The notes under the pieces are model-generated. The model was not told the origin of the DNA, did not search any database, and saw only the letters and a program-made list of their open reading frames with translations. Shown here in pieces: positions 44,108-53,848 of a DNA stretch of 64,000 nucleotides. Origin of the DNA: Candidatus Brocadiia bacterium JP1 (GTDB lineage: Bacteria; Planctomycetota; Brocadiia; Brocadiales; Bathyanammoxibiaceae). Both the position numbers and the translations under genes were made by a program. Location: assembly GCA_051388875.1 (NCBI GenBank), contig JBMFFR010000002.1:218981-282980 (forward strand). The letters run 5' to 3'. Position 1 is the first letter of the stretch. The number at the start of each line of letters is the position of its first letter.

Positions 44108-44845
44108 ATGAGTAGGTGGGGGCGTTTTTATCATCCTTCGCTTCCCAGGGAGGGAGAAGTTCTCATGGAGGGGAGTGAGGCGCACCACATGGCCCACGTT
44201 CTCAGGCTTAAGTCAGGCCAGAGAGTATGCCTATTTGATGGAAAGGGTACGGAGGCGGTTGGTAGGATAGTAGGGACAGAAAAAGACAGGGTAAGGATAG
44301 AGATAGAAGAGTGTGCACAAACAGACAGGGAGGCAAGGGTAGCGATAGACCTTGCCTTTTCTATACCTAAAGGGGATAGGGCAGAAATTTTGGTGGAAAA
44401 GGCATGTGAGTTGGGGGTAAAAAGGCTTATCCCGATAGAGTGTCGGCGTAGTGTTGTAAGGTTAAGAGAAGAAGGGTCTCAGAAGTTAAACAAGTGGAGG
44501 AGGATAGCCATAGAGGCCTCCAAGCAATGCGGGAGGACGTATGTTACAGAGGTGGAGGAAATGACCCCTCTGACTTCACTTTTAGGGGAGACAGGCCGCT
44601 ACGGCTTGGCCCTCCTTGCCACTACCAGCCCTACAGGCAAGCTACTACAAGAGGTTATTAGGGGGTGCCTTGGAGTGAATAGCATACTCTGTGTCGTAGG
44701 ACCGGAAGGTGGTTTTACAGAAGAAGAGGTAGAAGAGGCTAAAGAGAAGGGCTGCCTGGAAGTGAATCTAGGTGTCAGGGTTTTAAGGATAGAGACAGCT
44801 GCCATAGCAGTGGTATCAATGCTCTTATTTTTCTACGGTTTTTAA
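44108..44845 (+). CDS. rsmE: 16S rRNA (uracil1498-N3)-methyltransferase
   Basis: 'RFYHPS...EAHHMAHVLRLKSGQRV.LFDG.G', 'AFSIPKGDR' and 'GPEGGFTEEEV'. Confidence 0.88.
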   Translation: MSRWGRFYHPSLPREGEVLMEGSEAHHMAHVLRLKSGQRVCLFDGKGTEAVGRIVGTEKDRVRIEIEECAQTDREARVAIDLAFSIPKGDRAEILVEKACELGVKRLIPIECRRSVVRLREEGSQKLNKWRRIAIEASKQCGRTYVTEVEEMTPLTSLLGETGRYGLALLATTSPTGKLLQEVIRGCLGVNSILCVVGPEGGFTEEEVEEAKEKGCLEVNLGVRVLRIETAAIAVVSMLLFFYGF

Positions 44846-44849
44846 TCCC

Positions 44850-46565
44850 ATGCAAATAGACAGAAACACGATAATAAAGGACATTATAGCCAAACATCCG
44901 GAGACTTTTGAGGTATTCAAACGCCACAGACTTGTTCTGGCGGGTGGTGTAAGAGGGCCTAATGAGCCCCTAGCCTTCTTTTGTAAGGCCCATGATGTGG
45001 ACCTTGAGAACCTGTTGAAGGAACTGGAGGGGGCGATAGAGAAGGGCCCAACCCCTGGGATGACTCCCCCACCGATAAAAGAAGACACTGTTTACTATTC
45101 TTACGTAAAAGCCGCCCTGCTAATATCTGTGACAGCGGGTTGTACCTTTGGTGCGGGTATTTTGAGCTATATGGCTCTGAAGTTTAATTATTACATTGCT
45201 CCAGCTAGCCTTATCCAATCTCACGGCCATGCACAGCTGTTTGGTTGGGTGGGACTATTTGTGATGGGTTTTGCCTATTACATCGTGCCAAGGGTAAAGA
45301 ATACGGATTTATACGCATGGCAGATTACTTACATAAGCTTTTGGACCATGCTGGTGGGAACTTTATTGAGGACCCTGTTGCAGGCACAACCAGTTAGCTC
45401 TCTGGCCGTTTTGATACCTGTTTCTGGTGTATTGCAACTAGTAGGGTGTCTTGTATTTTGTTACGTACTGGTTGGGACTATAAGGTCAAGCCAACTACCC
45501 AGGGAGATATTTGATAAGTTCTTTGTGGCTGGACTAATATGGTTTCTGGTCTCTATCAGCCAAAACTTATATCTGGACCAGTATCTTTACCGAAACGCTA
45601 CTATGGAGATTCCCTCCACCTTACATGCGCATCTAGTGCATGTATTTCTCTTCGGTTTTGTTCTTATGTTCATTTTTGCTGTGAATTTGAGGACTGTTTA
45701 TGCCTTTCTTGACGTGCAAAGGCCGAGGGCCCTTTTGGTTAACGTGGCCTTCTGGGTTATAAATGCCTCTATCCTCCTCTCGTTTTTTGAGTATCTATTG
45801 CCCTGGCTTACATACGCACTGGTAGGGGCGATTTTCTTGTTTATTTATGGCCTGCGGGTCTTTGAGAGGCCGACGAAGGAACTGGCTGATGTAATCATGG
45901 ATAGGAGCTATGAGAAGACGATAAAAACTGCCTACGTCTGGTTAATAGTTGGGCTCCTGCTACGGGCTATGGTACCCTCACTTGAAGATTCTGCGCTCAC
46001 TGCCCACCTCTTTCACGGGTCTTCTAACCATGCCATAACAGTAGGCTTTATCTCCATGATGATGGTAGGTTACGCCTCTAAGATGGTGCCTACCTTTAGA
46101 GGCGTGAATATTTATAGCCTAAGGCTTTCTGAACTTACCTTTTATTTGTTAAATTTGGGGATTTTCCTGAGGGTGTTTTTCCAGTTGCTGGTGGCTGCTT
46201 ATCCGGCTATGGCCTATCCGGTAGTTGGGGTATCCGGGTGGATAGAGGTTACGGCCCTTGGGTGTTTTGCTTATAACATCTGGAAGACTATGGACATGAA
46301 GGAAGCACCGGCAGAGGCTTGTCCCACAAAGAAGATCATGGTTGTTACCAAAGACGCCAAGGTAGGTGATGTAATTGAACAACATCCTGAAACATTAGAG
46401 GTGTTTCTGGAGCATGGTTTCCATCAAATAACCAATCCGGTAGCTAGGCGAACCATGGCGAAGATGGTCACGGTGGAGGGGGCTTGTCAGTTCAAGGGGG
46501 TAGAAGTGGAAAAGTTGCTGAAGGCGCTTAATGATAAACTGGAAAAGTCTGGGCCCTGTCTCTAG
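44850..46565 (+). CDS. Polytopic membrane protein (NnrS-like His-rich core) flanked by N- and C-terminal DUF1858 domains
   Basis: The N-terminus reads 'IIKDIIAKHPETFEVFKRH...' and the C-terminus reads 'VGDVIEQHPETLEVFLEHGF...', both fitting the DUF1858 pattern. The core has ~12 TM helices with 'HGHAQLFGWVGLFVMGF', 'HLVHVFLFGF' and 'HGSSNHAITVGF'. Confidence 0.7.
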   Translation: MQIDRNTIIKDIIAKHPETFEVFKRHRLVLAGGVRGPNEPLAFFCKAHDVDLENLLKELEGAIEKGPTPGMTPPPIKEDTVYYSYVKAALLISVTAGCTFGAGILSYMALKFNYYIAPASLIQSHGHAQLFGWVGLFVMGFAYYIVPRVKNTDLYAWQITYISFWTMLVGTLLRTLLQAQPVSSLAVLIPVSGVLQLVGCLVFCYVLVGTIRSSQLPREIFDKFFVAGLIWFLVSISQNLYLDQYLYRNATMEIPSTLHAHLVHVFLFGFVLMFIFAVNLRTVYAFLDVQRPRALLVNVAFWVINASILLSFFEYLLPWLTYALVGAIFLFIYGLRVFERPTKELADVIMDRSYEKTIKTAYVWLIVGLLLRAMVPSLEDSALTAHLFHGSSNHAITVGFISMMMVGYASKMVPTFRGVNIYSLRLSELTFYLLNLGIFLRVFFQLLVAAYPAMAYPVVGVSGWIEVTALGCFAYNIWKTMDMKEAPAEACPTKKIMVVTKDAKVGDVIEQHPETLEVFLEHGFHQITNPVARRTMAKMVTVEGACQFKGVEVEKLLKALNDKLEKSGPCL

Positions 46566-47998
46566 CGTCGCCAGTAAATAAATACCAGGATGACGCCATA
46601 GATCTCTAGCCGCCCCAAAAGCATACAGAAGATAAGGATCCACTTCTCCGGCAAGCCTAAGTCAGCGTAATTTAGGTTGGGACCGACATCGCCAAACCCC
46701 GGTCCAACATTTCCCATGCATGCCGCTACAGCGCCAAGGGACGTAATAATGTCCCTCCCGCAGGCGGTAAGGATAAGAGAAAATAGCCCAGCAAGCCCAA
46801 GGTACAGGAAGAAGAAACCAAAAGTATTGCTAATTACCTCCTCTTCTACGGATTCGCCGTAGAGCTTTACATGCTTAACTACCCTGGGCGTAACGAGGCG
46901 AATAAATTCTCTTCCAACTGACTTCATTAACAAGATTAGTCTGATGTTTTTTATTCCACTGGCCGTGGAACCTGCACAACCACCTATAAACATCATCAGC
47001 ACCAGAAAGAAGCGGCAGAAATCTGGCCAGATATCAAAATCCTCTGTGGTGAAGCCGGTAGTGGTAGTAATGGAAACCACTTGGAAGGCTGTCTTTCTTA
47101 ATGCCAGAGGCATAGGGCTTCCCTGTAAGTTTAATGAGAGACTTATCAGTAAGATACTAATGAAGAGCAGCCCTACAAAAAAACGCAATTCTGAATTTTC
47201 AAAGACCGGCTTGAATGCTCCCCGCATTAAATAGTAATAAAGTACAAAGTTACAAGCCCCAAGAAACATAAATACGGTGATAATAATTTCAATGTAAAGG
47301 CTTTGGAAGGCAGCTATGCTGGAGTTTTTTGTAGAAAACCCCCCTGTGGATATGGTGCTGAAGGTGTGGCAAAGAGAGTCAAAGGTAGACATCCCTCCGA
47401 GAAGTAAGAGGAGGAATTCCAGGACGGTCAAGCCAATGTATATTTGTAGTAATACCCTGGCGGTTTGAACGATCCTGGGGCGGAGCCTTTCGGATGTTGG
47501 GCCAGGTACTTCAGCCTCAAAGAGACGGTAAGCAGCCATCCCAGTGGTAGGTAAAAAGGCGATAAAAAATACTACAATTCCTAAACCACCCAGCCATTGG
47601 GTAAGACTCCGCCAGCAAGCCAACCCTGGGGGTAAATCCTCGGGTTGTCCGATAATGGTAGCCCCAGTAGTAGTGAAACCGCTTAGAGATTCAAAATAGG
47701 CGTTGGTAAAACCCTTGACCGAATGGGTAAAGACATAGGGTAGTGAGCCAAAAAAGGCGCATATCACCCATCCCATGACTACAGCCATGAATCCTTCTCT
47801 GATACTAAGCTCTCCTTCCTCTGTATGGAAGAGACGCTTCAGTAAGCCCCCCGTTATCATAGTAATAACTAGAATGTAGCCCCACAACTTTACTTCATCA
47901 AGGCTTCCAAAGTAAAGTGCAATCACCATGGGTAAGGACATACTAGCACCAAGGGGTAGCAGTATTCCTCCTATTGTAGAGAGAATCTGGTAGTTCAT
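46562..47998 (-). CDS. trkH: Trk-type potassium uptake protein, membrane subunit
   Basis: 478-aa polytopic protein with repeated selectivity-filter-like 'TTTG/STGG' segments ('SGFTTTGAT', 'STISTGGFS', 'TTTGFTT'), typical of TrkH/KtrB. Confidence 0.92.
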   Translation of the reverse strand: MNYQILSTIGGILLPLGASMSLPMVIALYFGSLDEVKLWGYILVITMITGGLLKRLFHTEEGELSIREGFMAVVMGWVICAFFGSLPYVFTHSVKGFTNAYFESLSGFTTTGATIIGQPEDLPPGLACWRSLTQWLGGLGIVVFFIAFLPTTGMAAYRLFEAEVPGPTSERLRPRIVQTARVLLQIYIGLTVLEFLLLLLGGMSTFDSLCHTFSTISTGGFSTKNSSIAAFQSLYIEIIITVFMFLGACNFVLYYYLMRGAFKPVFENSELRFFVGLLFISILLISLSLNLQGSPMPLALRKTAFQVVSITTTTGFTTEDFDIWPDFCRFFLVLMMFIGGCAGSTASGIKNIRLILLMKSVGREFIRLVTPRVVKHVKLYGESVEEEVISNTFGFFFLYLGLAGLFSLILTACGRDIITSLGAVAACMGNVGPGFGDVGPNLNYADLGLPEKWILIFCMLLGRLEIYGVILVFIYWRR

Positions 47999-48061
47999 TT
48001 TTTAGAGTATGGTTTTTGGATGAAAGGGGAGTGCGGTAAGGTCATGTAATATTATGAGAAA

Positions 48062-49411
48062 TTATCCCTTTGTAAAGAGGGACTGAACTTTTTCCCTTAC
48101 ATGGGGCATGGTGAAGACGATGGCACGGTCCCCAGGAAACACAACAAAGTCGCCGTGAGGGAGAATCATTTCTCCCTTCCTTATAATAGTGCCCAATATA
48201 GAACCCTTAGGGAAGTGTATTTGTTTTAATGGCTTATTGGCCATCTTAGATTCTTTCTCTATTTCCATTTCTATAGCCTCCGCCTCACTTTTATCAAAGA
48301 GTTTTACCATGGAGAGAATCGGCCCACGGATTATATGTTGGAGGATTGAGCTCACCGTGAAGAGTCTGGGGTTTATCACCACATCCATTCCTATTGAGCC
48401 AAAGATAGGGACGTAATCTGGGTCTTTAGTGATAACTATAGTCTTTTTGGCATATTGCTTTTTTGCCAAAAGGCAGGAGAGGATATTGGACTCTTCATCA
48501 TCCGCGGCCCCCACAAAAAAGTCAACGTGCTCTGATGTAACTTCCTTAAGGATTTCAGTCTCAGTGGCTTGCCCGTGGAGTATGGTCGCCTCTGTAAGTC
48601 TGCTGGCGGCTAGTTGCGCCTTATCCTCGTCTGGTTCTACAAGAACTACCATTTTGACCCTTTTCTCTAGTAACTGCGCCAGTTGGACACCCACCCTGCT
48701 AGCACCGTAAATAATTACGCGTTGTGTCTCCATAGCCCTACGGTTGACTATTGGCAATAGAAAAGGTAAGCCTGCCCTTGCCACTAGCAGAAAGACAGTA
48801 TCTTCTGGCTCTACCTGAGTCTGCCCCAGAGGGATGAACATCTCATCTTTTCGCTTGACGGCAACTATTAAAAAAGAGTCAGTGGAACCAAACTCCTTAA
48901 GCTCCTGAAGCTTTCTACCAACAATGGGTGCATCCGGGGGTACATGAAAACCCCTGAAAAGGATATTGGCTTCGGCGAAGTCGGCGACGTAGTTAGCCCC
49001 GGGTGTCTCTATAACCTTCATAATAGAGTCCACCGTTATAAAATCTGGGTTTACTATATGGTCTATGAAGAACTGATGCTGCTTGAAGAATCCGGTTTTG
49101 GTGTATTCCTCGTTTCTAAGTCTTGCAATCTTTTTGCTGACCCCATACCAATGGGCCAACAGACATACTGACAAGTTTGCCTCATCGCTATCTGTCACGG
49201 CTAGGACTACCTCGGCCTCCTTCACTCTGGCGGATTCAAGAACGCTGGGGGTACTGCCACTACCAGTTATTAATAGAACGTCTAGTTTTTCACTGATTCG
49301 CCTTGCCGCGTGCGGGTCTTTTTCCACCAAGGAGATATCGTGTCCTTCACTAGAAAGTTGCCTAGCCAGATTGAACCCTACTGCACCTGCACCCACGATA
49401 AGTATCTTCAT
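48062..49411 (-). CDS. trkA: Trk system potassium uptake protein TrkA (two NAD-binding and two TrkA-C domains)
   Basis: 'MKILIVGAGAVG' and a second 'VIIYGASRVG' Rossmann motif; 449 aa. It sits upstream of trkH. Confidence 0.92.
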   Translation of the reverse strand: MKILIVGAGAVGFNLARQLSSEGHDISLVEKDPHAARRISEKLDVLLITGSGSTPSVLESARVKEAEVVLAVTDSDEANLSVCLLAHWYGVSKKIARLRNEEYTKTGFFKQHQFFIDHIVNPDFITVDSIMKVIETPGANYVADFAEANILFRGFHVPPDAPIVGRKLQELKEFGSTDSFLIVAVKRKDEMFIPLGQTQVEPEDTVFLLVARAGLPFLLPIVNRRAMETQRVIIYGASRVGVQLAQLLEKRVKMVVLVEPDEDKAQLAASRLTEATILHGQATETEILKEVTSEHVDFFVGAADDEESNILSCLLAKKQYAKKTIVITKDPDYVPIFGSIGMDVVINPRLFTVSSILQHIIRGPILSMVKLFDKSEAEAIEMEIEKESKMANKPLKQIHFPKGSILGTIIRKGEMILPHGDFVVFPGDRAIVFTMPHVREKVQSLFTKG

Positions 49412-49449
49412 TCTTAAAATCCCTTTCCGTATAGAGCTGTAATCAAAAG

Positions 49450-51531
49450 TTAAGGAATGGGCAATCCCTCCGGCTTACTTTCGGAAGCCTGAGTTATCTT
49501 ACTAGAACTTTTTGCGGCAAGTTCCAAGTACTTACTCTTCAATTCAGGCCCACCTAGTTCAGGGTCTTCCGTCAAGAAGGTATCTATAACCTTGGATACT
49601 CTAGAATAATTACCTTGTTCAAAAAGGGTGTTCAGCACCTCTAGCCTTCCCTTCCACCACTCCTTTGAGTGTTCGGGACTTTCTTGCATCCACAGCGCAT
49701 AAAGCTCCAGTATGCGGTCATACTGCTTCATCTCTCTCAAGCATAACAAAAGACCAGTCTTTGCTTCTACATCGGCCTTGTCATATTTTGATTGGTCTTC
49801 ATACAATATCAGGGCCTTTTGCCAGTCTTTCTGGAGGCAATATGTCTTGGCTAACTTATGACGGGTTTCTGGGAGTTTCTCAGAGGTGGGAAACTGGGAG
49901 ATTTGCCTTGACATAACCTGGCTTGCCCGCCCATAATCCTTGTTATTGAATAGGGCATCGGCCACCTGAGAGAGGGCCTCAAAAGACTCTAGTTTTAGAC
50001 CCAGAAGAGCCTCAGAGGCCCGTTCCACCACTTTTTTGTCGCCATCTGAGAGTGAATTTAGCAGAGGTTGCAAAGCCTTTTCGCTCCCAATCTTTCCGAG
50101 TGCCTCAGCGGCCGCCTCTCTCACCCTTGCACTTTTATCCGTCAAGAGTGATACTAATGGGTCAACAGCCTGTACATTCTTTAAGTTTCCCAAACTGTCG
50201 GCAGCATACCACCGCACCCGTTCTTCTTTATCTTTTAAAGCGGTAAGAAGAGGCGCAACCGCCCTTTGGTCCTTAAGCCTACCAAGAGCCATTACAGAAG
50301 CCTCCCTGACCTTGCTGTCACTGCTAGTCAGCAGCCCTGTCAGTGGGTCTACTGCCTTACTATTACCGATTTGCCCCATGGATTCGCATGCTGCTATAAT
50401 TACCAAAGTATCATCAGATTTCAACACGGCTATCAAGGAATCAACAATTATGTCTTTGTGAAATTTCCCAAGCGTCTTAGCCGCTTTTTCTCTGACCAAG
50501 GAATCCTCGTCCTTCAAGGCGGGAAGCAGGTATTCTATTACTTTTTCATCACCCATTGCCCCGATGGCCTGGACGGCAGCCGCCCGCACCTCCTTTTCTT
50601 TATCTGCTAACAGGATAACGAGCTGAGGCAAGATGTTGGGGTCGTTAAACTTAGAAACCTCTTTAATAGCGTAGAGGCGTACCTCTGTATGCCCCTGCTT
50701 CATCGCCTCTAATAATGGTTTCAATTCCTTTCGGTTTGCTGCATCTGACAGAAGGGCGATGGTCTTCTGGGCAACCTCTCTTCTTAATGATTCGTTCTCA
50801 ACCCTTAATTCCTTAGTAACCTCCTCCAGCCTATCTATTATGTCTGCTAACCATTGCTCCCTGGACTTGACCTTGTTTAACTTCCACCATTCATGCCATT
50901 TTTCTGACTCTTTACCGAAGGACTGCGTAGTCATAAGGCTAAGAGACTCAATGGCAGCCTCCCTTAGTTCCTTCTCTTTTGCTCCTAGAAGGACTAATAG
51001 GGGTTCAACCGCCTCCCTATCCCTGGTTTGTCCCAGGGCGCGGATTAAGAGCACTTTCGCAGGCAACGGATATTTTTCCTCTTTCAGTTGATTTGCCATT
51101 TTCTCTATGGCCAGAGGTGTACGGAGCCTCCCTAGACTCTGACATGCCACCTCTCTCACCTCCTGCTCTTCTTTTTGTAAAAGCTCCATCAGAGGTGCCA
51201 CCGCACTATCGTTCCCCAAGAAACCAAAGGCCTTCATAACAGTGATTAACACTTCCTTATCCTGTGCCTTTGCACCTGAATATGTACCATTTGGGCTTGG
51301 GACACCTTTTAATATGTTTATCAAAGGTTCAATGGCTGCTGGTTGACGAGTACTCAAGAGAGAGATAGCTGCCGAGGTACGAATTGCTACGTCAGGGGAA
51401 TATAACTGTCGTACCCATTTCTCAACCTCTACCACCGGTAGAGGGTTTACCTCAGCCTTAACAGTTGCACCACTGAACGAAAGTTCAGCAAGGAGAAGCA
51501 GACACGAAATAAATATAAAGACACTACCCAT
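49450..51531 (-). CDS. Exported HEAT-repeat (PBS-lyase type) protein with a TPR-like C-terminus
   Basis: Signal peptide, then many 'A.DPL...L.D....VR..A..ALG' HEAT-like units. Confidence 0.85.
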   Translation of the reverse strand: MGSVFIFISCLLLLAELSFSGATVKAEVNPLPVVEVEKWVRQLYSPDVAIRTSAAISLLSTRQPAAIEPLINILKGVPSPNGTYSGAKAQDKEVLITVMKAFGFLGNDSAVAPLMELLQKEEQEVREVACQSLGRLRTPLAIEKMANQLKEEKYPLPAKVLLIRALGQTRDREAVEPLLVLLGAKEKELREAAIESLSLMTTQSFGKESEKWHEWWKLNKVKSREQWLADIIDRLEEVTKELRVENESLRREVAQKTIALLSDAANRKELKPLLEAMKQGHTEVRLYAIKEVSKFNDPNILPQLVILLADKEKEVRAAAVQAIGAMGDEKVIEYLLPALKDEDSLVREKAAKTLGKFHKDIIVDSLIAVLKSDDTLVIIAACESMGQIGNSKAVDPLTGLLTSSDSKVREASVMALGRLKDQRAVAPLLTALKDKEERVRWYAADSLGNLKNVQAVDPLVSLLTDKSARVREAAAEALGKIGSEKALQPLLNSLSDGDKKVVERASEALLGLKLESFEALSQVADALFNNKDYGRASQVMSRQISQFPTSEKLPETRHKLAKTYCLQKDWQKALILYEDQSKYDKADVEAKTGLLLCLREMKQYDRILELYALWMQESPEHSKEWWKGRLEVLNTLFEQGNYSRVSKVIDTFLTEDPELGGPELKSKYLELAAKSSSKITQASESKPEGLPIP

Positions 51532-51734
51532 TTGTACCTATATTGGGCCAGCCCTTCTTGATAATAGTAGCAGAACCTATACCATTGGTCAATAGAACGA
51601 TTGCCAGACTCTTAAGCACTTTCCCTACACATAGTTACAGAATTAATGCAACATAAAAGTATTCCCCAGTACATTTTACCCAATGAGGGGAGACCCAAAA
51701 GTAGTAGGGAGGTTATGTAGATAGAGACCTCTTT

Positions 51735-51840
51735 AAAAAGTATTGTTCTGTCACCCCGAACCTGTTTCGGGGCCCTGAACTTGATTCATGGTTTTGAAAC
51801 GATACTGAAACAAGTTCGGCACAAGTGTCAGTATGACATA
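51735..51840. repeat. Intergenic repeat, family R2, copy b
   Basis: 'AAAAGTATTGTTCTGTCACCCCGAACCTGTTTCGGGGCC...GAAACGATACTGAAACAAGTTCGGCACAAG', with a CCCCGAA/TTCGGGG hairpin. Confidence 0.7.
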
Positions 51841-51943
51841 TTGCCTGTTTTATACCCTTTTAGAGGTCTCAGATAAAATAAGAGGGAAAGATGTTCTTGT
51901 GATTTCATCCTACGATATACCAATAGTCCCGGTTCGTTATTTT

Positions 51944-52600
51944 CTAACACTTAAGAATCGCCCATATGGTGCTGAAGAATATTTTAATATCCGTTGGCAG
52001 GCCCATCTCTTCTATATATTTTTTGTAGAGCTTAACCTTTTCCGGTAAGATTTCTTTAACGTATCCCTCCTCTGTGTTACTGAATCTGCACAGTATTTCT
52101 TCCTCATTTCTGAAGGCTATTAATGCATAGTCTGTCATCCCTGGCCTTATCTTTAATATCTCATTGTAATCGCTCTGAAAGGCTTCTACATATTTTCTGA
52201 GTTCTGGTCTTGGCCCTACCACACTCATGTCCCCCTTTATTACGTTAATTACCTGTGGCAAATCATCAATCTTGTATTTCCTGAGTAGCTTGCCTACACC
52301 AGTAATCCTCGGGTCATCATGCTTTGTGATGGAGGGCCCGCTTTTAGGGGCGTCTTGTACCATTGTTCTGAACTTGTAGAGCTTAAACGTGCTTCCCCCC
52401 CTGCCTATTCTTTCCTGAGTAAAGATGATTGGGCCAGGGCTCTCCAGCTTAATCAGGATAGCGGCTATCAAAAAGACCGGTAGAAGTATAATAAAAGAGG
52501 GAATGGAGAGTAGCAGGTCAAAAATTCGCTTCCCGTAGTTTGCATAAAATCCTTTAGGACTATCTTCTAAATTTTCCGCATACATTCCTAACGGTCTCAA
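51944..52600 (-). CDS. Polyprenyl-phosphate sugar-phosphate transferase (bacterial sugar transferase, PglC/WbaP C-domain type)
   Basis: 'KRIFDLLLS...PGPIIFTQERIGRGG..F.LYKFRTM' and 'DDLPQ..NV.KGDMS.VGPRP'. Confidence 0.9.
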   Translation of the reverse strand: MRPLGMYAENLEDSPKGFYANYGKRIFDLLLSIPSFIILLPVFLIAAILIKLESPGPIIFTQERIGRGGSTFKLYKFRTMVQDAPKSGPSITKHDDPRITGVGKLLRKYKIDDLPQVINVIKGDMSVVGPRPELRKYVEAFQSDYNEILKIRPGMTDYALIAFRNEEEILCRFSNTEEGYVKEILPEKVKLYKKYIEEMGLPTDIKIFFSTIWAILKC

Positions 52601-53792
52601 TTACTCTTTCTACATCTCTATCGGTCATCTTTGGATATATGGGAAGGGATACAATTCTCTTGTACATTTCGTATGATATTGGAAAATCTTCGGGTTTATA
52701 ATTATAGGTATCGCGGTAATAAGGATGAATGTGGAGCGGGATGAAATGGACTGATGTCCCTATCCCCCTGTTTTTCAATTCCATCACGAATTGATTTCTG
52801 TCTATTGTCAGTAACCCAAGGTTTAATCTAATTATATATAAGTGCCAGGCATGTGTAACCTCTTCTGTTTTCATAGCGGGAGTAGTTATTTCGGGAATGT
52901 CTTTGAAGGCGTTGTTGTAAATGGAGGCAATCTTTTCCCGCCTTTCCCGCATAGAGTTAGCCTTTCTTAGCTGTGCCAACCCCAGGGCTGCTGCTATATC
53001 CGTCATATTATATTTATAGCCAGGTGCTATTACTTCATAATACCAGGTCCCTTTGGAGGTATACCTTTCCCATGCGTTTTTACTTATACCATGAAGGCTC
53101 ATAACACGGACCCTCTCTGCGTACTCATCATTATCCGTAGTTAACATTCCCCCTTCTCCTGTGGTGATTGTTTTGGTGGCATAAAAGCTAAAACAAGTCA
53201 TATCACCAATCGTACCTATCATCTTGCCTCTATACTTTACAGGAAGGGCGTGTGCCGCATCTTCAATTACACTTAGACCGTAGCACTTAGCCACCCGCAT
53301 AATAGAATCCATATCGCACGGATACCCAGCGATATGGACGGGGATAATTGCCTTAACTCTTGAGCCTTGCCCCTTCAGTTGTTTAATTTTGATTTCAAGT
53401 TTCTCTGTGTCCATATTGAAAGTCTCTGGGGCTATATCTACAAAAACAGGTTTTGCCTTAAAGTATCTGATGACTTCTGCTGTTGCTGCAAAAGTCATTG
53501 GGGTAGTTAAAACCTCTTCTCCCTCTTGAAGGCCAACGGCATCCAGTGCCAGGTGGAGGGCTGCCGTACAGGAATTAACAGCTACCGCATGTTTACTCCC
53601 GATAAAAGAGGCAAACTCTTTCTCAAACTGTCTCACCTTTGGGCCTGTGGTAATCCAGCCCGAATTCAGTACCTCTAAGACCTCTTTTTTCTCCTCCTCC
53701 TCTATGAGAGGTAAAGCGAAGGGGAGGTAATCCTCTTTTGTCTCTAAACTGGAGGCCTCGGGGCTAACATTACCTTCACTTATCTTTTTCAT
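52560..53792 (-). CDS. DegT/DnrJ/EryC1/StrS family sugar aminotransferase
   Basis: 'GWITTGPKVRQFEKEFA', 'AVNSCTAALHLAL' and 'SFYATKTITTGEGG' (PLP-Lys). Confidence 0.9.
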   Translation of the reverse strand: MKKISEGNVSPEASSLETKEDYLPFALPLIEEEEKKEVLEVLNSGWITTGPKVRQFEKEFASFIGSKHAVAVNSCTAALHLALDAVGLQEGEEVLTTPMTFAATAEVIRYFKAKPVFVDIAPETFNMDTEKLEIKIKQLKGQGSRVKAIIPVHIAGYPCDMDSIMRVAKCYGLSVIEDAAHALPVKYRGKMIGTIGDMTCFSFYATKTITTGEGGMLTTDNDEYAERVRVMSLHGISKNAWERYTSKGTWYYEVIAPGYKYNMTDIAAALGLAQLRKANSMRERREKIASIYNNAFKDIPEITTPAMKTEEVTHAWHLYIIRLNLGLLTIDRNQFVMELKNRGIGTSVHFIPLHIHPYYRDTYNYKPEDFPISYEMYKRIVSLPIYPKMTDRDVERVIETVRNVCGKFRR

Positions 53793-53848
53793 ATTTCCAT
53801 ATTCTACCCAAAAAGGTGAAGTTATAAAAAAACCAGACCTCTTAAAGG

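Noticed and set aside
51833-52048. 71-aa plus-strand ORF
   Set aside because: It starts inside the R2 repeat and overlaps the 3-prime end of the sugar transferase gene on the opposite strand. It has no coding features.
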